Positions 53,642-64,000 of a DNA stretch of 64,000 nucleotides are shown piece after piece (within the stretch, counting starts at the first letter, position 1; each line of letters begins with the position of its first letter). The position numbers and the translations under genes are program-made. Origin of the DNA: Bugula neritina (lineage: Eukaryota > Animalia > Bryozoa); assembly GCA_964035545.1 (NCBI GenBank), contig OZ037765.1:6954698-7018697 (forward strand), in the 5' to 3' direction. The notes under the pieces were generated by a model that saw only the letters and a list, made by a program, of their open reading frames with translations, searched no databases and had not been told where the DNA came from.

Positions 53642-55624
53642 GTAAATGCTAAGATTTTGTAGTACCACCTCTTCTCCCCTCCACCCAGCCTATACAGCTA
53701 AGGAATAGAGAATATGCTGAGGCAATAAAACAAATTAACCAGACTTGTATTGTTACATAAAACAAGGAGTTGCTTAGCTGTGATTCCTTACACCAACTTT
53801 ACTATAGGCACAGTATCTTCACTGGATTCTTCTAGTAAATATTGGATACCGAATTGCAGCATAAAAATCGGAGGTTAAAGTATTCTAGTCATCTAAATCT
53901 GAGTATATTTTGTGTTTTGACTTGATTGAGGTTTATATTATGTAGTCCACATTGTGTAAATGTATACATCGCATCATAATCCGTGTTCATTCTTTGTAAA
54001 GTACTAAAGAGTTATGTTAGAAAGTTAGATACTATAGCATAAATTATCACGTAGATATTCATTACAACTTTAACATAAAAATACTTCTGAAGGAAACTTA
54101 AAGGTCAAGACACTTTTACTCAATAGAGCAAAGCATAATACATTTTAATAATAATTATGGGATTTTAGTATAATAGAGGAGGCAGAAAACAGGTAGTTGA
54201 TCTTGCTATGTAGCAAGAGGTCTATAAAACTTTCCACATCGCTTAAAATCAATGGAGCTAATGCTAACATGTATTAATTTTGCATTCTAATATAATATGT
54301 AAACATTAGATGCACTTTATCAATATTAAGTGTATCACATTAAAGCAACCCTTTATTCGCTGAGTTCGAATAATGTAATTCTTTTTCATTTTTATATTAA
54401 TACGTTGTGGCTGATCCTAGGGCTACGATAACCCCTATCTATAATAAATAAGATGTCATACTCTGAATGGTCAACACCCCCTTCCACAAAGTCTTTCCCT
54501 AGACAAAACTTCCTCTAATAAAACAGTCTAGGCTGTAGAAATAATCAAGTTCAGCATATGCTAGTTTATTAAACATTAAACATTATAAAATTTATGCTAT
54601 AACGTTCCTTTACAATAAACAGCAATAATTTTAGTAAAAGTTCCCAGGCTGGCTCTTTCTATAGTTGAACTATGTTGAAAAAAGACTCAAATTTTGAAAC
54701 ACCTGTCAAAGTCGTTGAGATTGAATTTCATTGGGCAACATATCACTGCTTTGTAACTGTCATGAACATGAGAAATTTGAAATTCTTACAAAGGAAGCTA
54801 CACTGAAAAACTTCCATCTAGAAACCTGCAACTTGCAGGTTTCTAGATTTTATTTAAAACAAAAGGCAGCACCATAGAAATATTTGAGTTGTATTGTCTT
54901 GGATTGCAGAGTATTTATAGCTAAACAGGCTACTGATAAATCTATATATGCTAAGCAGATTCTGGTCAAAATAAATTTTAAAAGCCGAATATAAGGCTGT
55001 AAGTTTTTTTATCTGTCGTTAAAATGCTAACTTAGAAGTCAAATAAATAAGTCATCCCTGAAAGCCTGGTTCATATGTGTTGTTTTAATCATTTTGAATA
55101 TTTAGACACATTAACAGTTGAGGTATTCATCTTTCCTATTGCAAGAGGCATGTTTACATTGACCAAAGCATAGTGTGAAAAAGAGACAAGTTTATTGCTT
55201 CAGGGGATGGCAATCAATTATAAAAACAATGAAATATGATGAAGAATAATAAAGCTTTTTCCTAGTATTAATTTATATATAAAAAATATATAATCCTGAA
55301 GGGTGTCATGATTAAGTAGACGCACTATCCCACTTCATTGGTTGCAATATGATATCACTGTATAGCTGCCTGCTCTTTGTTGAGTAGAAGTGCCAAAAGA
55401 GTAATTTAATTATAATTATTATATAAGCTCCAACATTAAGCCAAGAAATAAATAATGTGGCATGACATATTGTGTGCGTAACTAATAGTGTTATTGACAA
55501 AAGTATTGCTATCTAAACACCTGCAATGTTATTCAATAATCATAACTCCATAAGGCCATCAGACTGTGAGCTCTAGTAGTTGTGCTCTCATTTTGTACAA
55601 TAGGGTATAACTCCAGTTTAAAAT

Positions 55625-55722
55625 AATTGGCCATCGGAAATCGAAGCTCAGGACTTCAACTTGTAAGCCAACCTGCTAACCACTACAGCATATAGGGGCT
55701 ACAGGGAAATCTCCACACTACA
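55625..55722 (-). pseudogene. tRNA-derived repeat, family B, degenerate copy
   Basis: Minus strand TGTAGTGTGGAGATTTCCCTGTAG leader, then TAGTGGTTAGCA..CTTACAAG..GCTTCGATTTCC. Confidence 0.5.
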
Positions 55723-58159
55723 TCCAGCATAACGGTTATCAAGTTGCAGTCTTTCCCTGTAATATTTTCTAGATTGCAAAAAATCTGCAAAATAACAATA
55801 TCAAATTTTTGAAATAAGTATAATATTTTGGGTCTTTTGTAAATGTTTTGTCTAAACTAATAATTTGAGAATACAGATGTGGCAAGCCCTATCTTTAAAT
55901 AAAGATTTTTTCTATTGTTTATATAATTATAACAGACCATTTATGTGTTGGAGCAAAAGTTTTCTTTCTTTTAAATTAAATAGCTGAAATATATTTTCTC
56001 AAGCTGCACTTTGTTACAACAGTTAGTACCATCAGAAACTAACATTTACCTTTCACGCTATGTGCTTTATTAATAACTGTTCTAGACATAAAATAATATA
56101 CTGACAAATAAATTCCTTGATCTAATTCATTATTTAGTCATCAATAGGTACGAAATGAGTAAAAGAGTATTCTAATTCATACTAAAAGACTGATAATATA
56201 ATATAATTATACCCACAGCTATGTTTCATACAGTGCATAAGTTTTTTAAATTAGCAAAATATACATGATAAATGAACAATATAAACCACTTACTGAAAAC
56301 AAAAAAAATTAGAAATTTGCAGTATTACGGTGTTATAGACTGGTTGTGAGAAATTTTTATTTGCTAAATGCATGTTAAGTCTCCAATAACCTTTAAATTA
56401 TAAAAAATTAAAATAAAATTTCTTTGTAAAAATATCCTTTAGTACAAATAGAAAGAAGATGGCATGATTTATCTAGAAACTTTTTTGTACAAGTTTAACT
56501 TGGTGTTTTTAGTTTTTTTATATTCAATACAATAGCTTTTTATATGTATTTTAATACCAACAATATAGCAATTGCTATTTTGGTTAATCTCAACTTTTGA
56601 CTGCATAGAAAAAAAACTTCATGGTTCTCCACTTTTCTTAGTAAAATACCATCACCTGATAATTTCATTTTACCCCAGCATTACAGATAATGAATTACAC
56701 TGTAACTCTTTTCTTAAAAATCTGCTTTCTTTTGGAACAAAGTCTCTATAATTTTCAAACATTGATTGGTGCCTCACAGCTCAGAGAGCAGAATATAGTT
56801 TGGTATGTTTGACTATCAGTCCAGTATGAAAGATAGAATTTTATATGCCATTCAGATTAATATGCTTTGTTTTATAACATAGGGTATATATGTTTACCTA
56901 CAAATAAGATTTATAATATTATTGAAGAATTTTCTGCTCTTGCACATAACTCTTTTGACCAAAAAATTATTTTGAGGTAATAGACATTTTAAAAAGTTCA
57001 AATTTTGTGATTAGTTTGACATTAAACTTCATTCTAACTAAGTAAGCTGTAAGGATAAAAATTTTCAAAAATATTCCTAATGAGTCCTAATGTCCTAATG
57101 AGTCCTATCAAATGTTGTAATAAATAAACATTTATAAAGTTATAACTATTAGCTAATGAGTTGTAATGGTGCCTGTTCAAGCTAATCAACAAAGTTGTAC
57201 ACGTTAATGTAGAAGCATTGATTATTGCAGTTGCATTTAAAATGAAAATACAATCTTATAAACAACAAATTCATTCTAATAATTAGTCACTTAGGTGATA
57301 AAATGGCCTTAAGTGCCAGTTACTTAGATTATTTGTCTAATTTCCCTCTGTGTTAGAGGTTCTTTATCAATATAGTCTGATAATAGTTTGGATTGCATTC
57401 TATTGTTTTACAGCTTGTTAATATAATAATTTAAACAACTTAATATCAACACTCTTTATGCATGATTTTTATTTAAAATGAATGCTTAAGCATACCTATT
57501 ATTTAGCTAACTATTTACTTAGTACGCAATCATATCAATGCTCCCAATTGACAGTAAACCGTGATTTGCAATCACAGCCAATTAATATTACTTCGGTACA
57601 TGCCGAGTTACGAGCTACAGACGCTTTTATTAAGGAGACAGAGTAAAAACTACATGCTACATTCCAACTTACAAGGATAGTTTAATCTGCTAGAAAACTA
57701 TACTCTACGCACACTTCATTAGTACAGAGCAAGTTATAGATTGAGTGCAAAGTTGGAGGATGTTTCTATGAAGGCTGAACGAATTTCTTTTATTCGAGTT
57801 CAAGTGTCACTAGCAAGTATCATTTACTTTAAAAACAACTTTAGTCTATCTTATGCAACCAGAACAATGCGTTAAGGCTGGTGTAGCTGTAGTGTTGTAG
57901 AATTTATATTGCTGTTATTTAATGGCTGATTAAACAAATTACAATTACTAAAAAGACTTGTTAGGAGTGTGAATGACTTTAATCTCCATAAAACAGTAGT
58001 GCATCATTTTTAAATCAACATACCCTTGCTTTACGCTGACTATTGTTGGGACTGAAGCTGAGTGCGTTTATTGTAATCAGAAAGAACTTTCTAGAAAGGG
58101 AAAACTACTTCTTACTGGGAAACACAAGACATCTAAAACTAGTTGTCTATCTGGTTAGC

Positions 58160-58350
58160 ATGTATAGCAACAGTCTGTTGCCACCCTGGATTTATCCCTG
58201 GATGTTCAACGCCTCCGAGGATGTGTCTGCGCCAGCATTACCTTATAAAGTGCAAAGTGAGCATATCTCAGCTGGGGGCCAGAATTCTACACCAAAACTA
58301 AAGCTTTGTCATGCACCGATGAAACGTTTTCTTTCTCCTCTTAGTTTAAG
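58160..58350 (+). CDS. Candidate alternative first coding exon (63 aa, phase-2 donor)
   Basis: GC-richer island reading MYSNSLLPPW..LSL, ending AAG|GTATGA. Confidence 0.45.
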
Positions 58351-58779
58351 GTATGATTTCAAGTTTTAGCTTGACCTGTAGGTTATTTGCAAACTATATA
58401 ATACTGGTCGCAATAAAAAATTATTCCTAATTAAATTTTCTGTAGAATTTTAAGGTAATCAAGTATATACTTCGCACTAGAAGTGACTGTTCCCTCCTAT
58501 GCAGCAGATGGTTTTAAATACAGTTCCACAGTTTAAGCTTTGAGTAGGTCATACTAGATTACTAAATACACATGACTTTAAATTTGAAATCTCTTTGAAT
58601 GTTTGTCTTATTATCTTGAGTTGTGGCTTATTTGTTATTTGTAACAATTAAAGATGTGGATTAGATATACTGGTTTATTAGGTTAACCGTCAATCATATG
58701 AAATACAGTATTTATATATAGTTACAATATGTGGGAGGAACTTACAATAATATAGACAGCTATTATATTATGACAATAT

Positions 58780-58782
<3 letters not shown>

Positions 58783-58818
<36 letters not shown>
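58783..58818. repeat. (TA)n microsatellite
   Basis: Read directly. Confidence 0.9.
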
Positions 58819-58820
<2 letters not shown>

Positions 58821-61313
58821 CAACTATATATATAATATATACATAATATATACATAATATATGGTTTATAGGCGTTTACTTTGTTAAAAACCAACATTAA
58901 AGTTTATAGTGTATTTGAATAGTTATATAGGTTGACCCTTTGCTATATAATATACATCTGTATATATGATGTACATACAATGAACACTATTGAGTTCAAA
59001 GATTCGCATCTATTTATTGCTTTGACTTCCTATTTGAATTTGAAGAGAGTTCACTCTATTTTACTATCATGTGTTACAAATACTTACTACGAAACGAGTT
59101 ATATACGCATTGCTAATTTTACCTTAACGTCTAGCTCTAATGTAATTAATTTGCTAACTATAAGTTAAAGTCACTGGTTTATAATTTGCTCAGGTAATTC
59201 TATCAGTGTGGTATTACAACGGCAATATTATCTTACAACACTATAAGAGTTTGCTATATCCTGTAGTAATTTCTTTGTACAAGCATCAGTAAAATTCACC
59301 CTGTGTGCATTACATAATATAATTATATGGAAAAGTCAGTCATCCAAATTTATTTCAGCTTTGTTTATTTATATAAAAGTAAATAATTAGTACAATGGAA
59401 GATGGAACTAGAAATATCTAGAAAAGCAAATCTAAGTATATTGTTTATTGAGTGAACTCGTTTTTTTCTACGTTTTTTACTGTAGGCCTATATTTAATAA
59501 TAGTAATTTTTCATCATGCTTCTAGCTTGGAAAACCATCTTAAAAACTAAGAGTATTTTCCATAATATTAAAGAGCTCTGCATCGTGAGTTATGAAACAT
59601 GGAATACAGTATATTATGTAAAAATAAATATGACTATGAACTCTTTTCTCAAGAAAAATCAGCTGGTTTATTGTGTTACTTATGACCATGATAGAAAGTT
59701 AGATAAGAGTAAGAGGAGTAACTTATTATTTTGAAGTTTAAGCTTATACTTACCTTAAAGAGAAAACTGATGTGTCATATAAATATTAAGACCAGTTAGT
59801 AACTGAACTGTAAATAGAACTGTTATAGGTTATACAGTTACTGTATATTCTAAGTAAGGGCTGCACAAAATAACATGTCGTGTATTGCTCTGGTTTAAAA
59901 AATTTAGTTTGAATATGACCGCAGGGAGTAGCAGCCAAAAACTCAATTCGTTTTTTACTTGACAGCATCTTTCATTGTGTTTTTTTTTTCAATAATATAA
60001 TGTTTACTCCTATTAAGTCTCAAAAAATAAAAATTCTAAAGCTCTTAGTAAGAATCAGCTATAAGAAAGTTTATTATCTTCAATATGTTCAATTAATTTC
60101 TTTATAAATAATTCATCTCAACTTTACTAGCAGTAATCACAGTTGTTTACACACATTATGAAGCCTAATTAGAATAAGAAATAGATCAATTGATTTCAAT
60201 GTAGAGTTCATAAACTAGTATAATTTGGCTTGCGTGATTATATTTACTTTAGCTGACATATCATATCTGTATTTTATGTCTAATTACTTGATAAGTAAGT
60301 AGTATATTCTCAATAGAGTATACATATTATTATGAAACTGATATAATTATCGGTGATATAATTTTATTTGCTCCATACACACTATAAATATGCTTAGGTT
60401 AATAATGTTTGTCTCCTGCTGGGCTTACATTAAAATATATTCTAATATCCGTACACTATTGAATATTGATATATCTCTAATTTTACAATAATTATTTGGG
60501 TGAAATACACCCTCATATTCTACAATATAATGAATATTATTGAATTATACATTAAATCTAAATATACATTATAGGATTTTATAGCATATATTATGTAAAT
60601 TATTTAATAATACATATCATAATACAATTTTAATATTATATCTAAGTTGTTGATGTAGTATTTGAGAGAAGTATTGCTTTAAAAACAAACAACTGAGTTA
60701 AAGGAGAGGTGCAAACATCTAATAAAACTGTAATACAGAGAAGTCTAACATTGATTTATGATGTTGTGTGCCTACAGCACATAGTTTTATTGTTGCTAGA
60801 ATTAGTTTGCTGTTTGTGTTAGGTTTTTATTTTTGTTTCCTCTCTGCAAGGTTCTCATATTTCTCATTCATTCCACATTAAATCCTTTATTGAATATCTA
60901 TTATTTCAACTGTTGGGATTATTAAGTTAATTTTATTAAGTATTTGTGTCTATAGACTCGGTAATATGCTGATAATGTGAATTTAATTCAAATCCTTATC
61001 ACTATATCTTCAACAAAAATAATGTTAAACAAATAGCAGGAATCTGGACTGTGTGCTAGGGCATGCATTGGCGATTACTTTCATTATTATTTATAGACAA
61101 ATCAGTGGCACTTCAGTTCTTGACATTTCAATCGCAGATTGCAGGACTAATCTTGTATCAAGGTATTCAATCTATGCATGAATAGAAGTATCAGTATCAT
61201 TACATTACGTATAACCTACTCTTTTGAATGAGTTGACACCACTCAATCCTACTCCTACAAGACAGGGCAGTTCTAAAGTAAGTTCTAAATTGGTGAAACT
61301 GTCTAGCTTTTGG

Positions 61314-61582
61314 ATGTATGTTCACAACACGCACACGGTGGAGAAACCAGACTCCTCGTGTGAACAGGATATGTCTGTGTATAAGTTGAGTAACCCTAAA
61401 GCCACACTTTCCGAGGCTACTGTGTCTAAGGTAGAGGAAGTTTTGAGGCGTAAAATGTTGAGCGTTCGAAGGAAGTATTACGTTTACTGGAAGGAGTGTC
61501 TCAAGAGCTGTTCCGGGAATAAATACGAGGATATCAGTTATAATTCATCAGTGATTAGTCTGCCCGGTATTAGCAACTCGTT
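61314..61582 (+). CDS. Candidate alternative first coding exon (89 aa, phase-2 donor)
   Basis: GC-richer island reading MYVHNTHT..GISNS, ending TT|GTAAGT; the frame is also open upstream to 61224. Confidence 0.5.
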
Positions 61583-61891
61583 GTAAGTAGTCCAAAATTT
61601 TGTTTTTCATCACTCGTTTCAACATAGGATTTATGTAAAAACTATTCAGTATATTTTTATACAAGTTTGAAACTTTAAACATAAATTATTAAATTGTACT
61701 TTAATGGTATGTAAGATAGGTTGCAGTGATAGTCATCAAATTTTATTGGTCGCTTGTTTGAGGTTTAAAAATGAAACTGTTGAATCACTTTCATCTGCAA
61801 TCCTAAAATATCTCCTACAATGCCTGCTACATATTATGCCTTATTTGTTACAATATTGGCACAGAGTTTGAAAGTTAAAATCTTTATTAAC

Positions 61892-61982
61892 TAGTGTTGA
61901 GATTCCCCAGTAGCCTCTGTTGTGCAATACTTAGTCAAGCCAGAGGTCTGCAGTTCAAATTCCAGTAAAGGGCAAATGTTTT
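61892..61982 (+). pseudogene. tRNA-derived repeat, family B, internally deleted copy
   Basis: TAGTGTTGAGATTCCCCAGTAG leader, CAGAGG, B-box GTTCAAATTCC, then GGGCAAATGTTTT. Confidence 0.5.
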
Positions 61983-64000
61983 ACAATTGAAAACCAATCT
62001 TGATTAGTTTGGGTGATTACCAAAATTTGTCATGTTTAAGCAGAGCAATTGATGGAGTGGTAACATATAGAAAAATCTTGCTGCTAACTAATATTACCAA
62101 CTTTCAAAATGAGCCTTTTTAGCTACAGATATTTAACAATATTTTGAGTAAATAGGTGAAGCTATATCAAGCATGACAATCTCTACAAATATGATAGTTT
62201 TAATTTAAATTAAAGTATATAATTTTTGTAATTTTTTTCTATCAAAACAAGCAAAGTAGTGAAAAATTTATCAAATTGCAACTATAGTGTACTATGTTCT
62301 AGTCAAACAAAATAGTTGACTCAAAGCCAGGTGCAGTTTTTTAATGTTAAAAATAGCTTAACCAATAGCAATCAAAATGTCGAAGTACATTATACCTATC
62401 ATATTTATATTTTTGAATCCCTTTTGTATTGAAATACAAAAATGAGTAGTAATTATTGCTTTGTAATAAATCAACTAGCTCTGAACTGTCACTGGTAGGA
62501 TAGTTGGGTAGTTGCACTTTGTAGGCAAAATATTAAATCCCACCCAACTGACAAAAAAGCTTTTATATAAAAATGTAGCAATTATCAATATCTAATTTTC
62601 TGATATCAGCTAGAAATTTGGTATACAAGCAACTTCTTTCCTCTGTAAAGAATACATTCAACTGGTTAATACAGCTTTGCTGCTATGACTATGGCTATGC
62701 CTATAATTGTGACTGTCACTATGACTGTGACCTATTAAGTTAGCGTGAGGTTCTATTAGCTTTACGTGTGACAATTTGATAGTCTTCTAGAAAAATTATA
62801 GATAGCAATATTATATTTATTGTTTATAATACTTATAGTTAATTATATTGCATTGAAATCTCATCTTTGTTTGTATTAAGAATCAAACGAATTAAGCAAA
62901 ACTTACAAGAATTTTATGCAAAAATGAATTGTTGGTATTTCGAATAGCTAACAATTAGAAATGAATTTTATATTTGTGTTTTGCTGCAAGTCACATTATT
63001 GAAGCGAGTTGTTTGTCTTTGCAAGTGGTAATACATTTCTAGTAATTAGATAAATCAGTGTTGAACTTCTAGCAAGTCACCTTAAACTACATTAAATTTG
63101 GTTGTGAGGAAAAAACATAGCTGTAGCTAAACTAATAACAGCAGTTATCTTCTCCTCTTAACTCTATATTATATTACCAGACAAAGTTAACCGCCTGAGT
63201 AAATTTTACTAATATTAAAATTGTTTTCGCATATAGTGTGTTTGGACGTTCTCCTGAACTTCTGGGCATCAACTTTGTTCAACGTATTTAAGTGTCAGAA
63301 TTTTTACATAGCAACATTATCTATGATTATCTTTGTTTACCAATAATTGATCACTCATATCTTTATAATATTATCATTGTGATATTATTTCTCATTATCT
63401 CTGCCCATGTAGTTCAGTACATTACATCATATAATAGTTGGCAAGACTAGACTTTTAAGTAATTTATATATAGCAAAAGCTGCTTTGCTTTCATTGATTC
63501 ACTGTCACCATCAATTAAAGTATTAAATGATTTTTTTAATGTTTATTAACGATCATAATGCATATATATGTATGTTATAGGTCTACTGCACTGTTCAAAT
63601 TGCCACGATTTATTAGGTAGACAACTCTGAAAGAGTAAAATTGCCAACATACTGACACAGTTTTAACTTACATTTTACTGATTAGCATTCAATAAACTGA
63701 TAAATATAAATTGCAAGTTATCCAACAATGATATAAATTAATTAATTTTTAGAATTGCTGGGCTCTTTGTCTTGAAAAATGGCCCTTCTTATTCATGGGA
63801 TTATTAACTATTTAGTAGTAGGTTAAGGTGTAATTTAAGTTTTCAACATTACCAATACACACGTGTATATTATTCTAGGATACAATCCAAAGCTCTATTT
63901 AAACATATTTCACAGGTAATTTCTTTGCTGGTTAATGAAGTGTGGAGTGCCATAACAATAAACCAATAGGCAGCTGTCAGAAAAACTTAGCTATGCATAT

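Overview
AT-rich, intron-containing genomic DNA from an invertebrate animal. A lophotrochozoan origin is my guess from composition and gene content and is not established. Manual GT-AG splicing with frame checks gives these genes in order: RFC4 (+, the window starts inside its ATG), a secreted coiled-coil + MAM-domain protein (+), ADAP1/centaurin-alpha (-), two tandem divergent G-protein gamma subunit genes (+), NTHL1 (-), a divergent Eomes/Tbr-like T-box gene (-), and the 5' part of an unidentified + strand gene. That last gene appears to have at least four alternative N-terminal modules, all ending in phase-2 donors, and it runs off the right end. Interspersed are tRNA-derived SINEs, PIF/Harbinger- and Kolobok-type MITEs, fold-back elements, three solo-LTR-like elements carrying heat-shock elements, and mini/microsatellites. 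There are no prokaryotic features. I found no clearly novel multi-gene system. The best leads are the alternative-first-exon gene, the G-gamma pair head-to-head with ADAP1, the atypical T-box with a T-site in its own promoter, a Q-to-M change in NTHL1, an intronic pre-miRNA-like hairpin, and the coiled-coil-MAM architecture.
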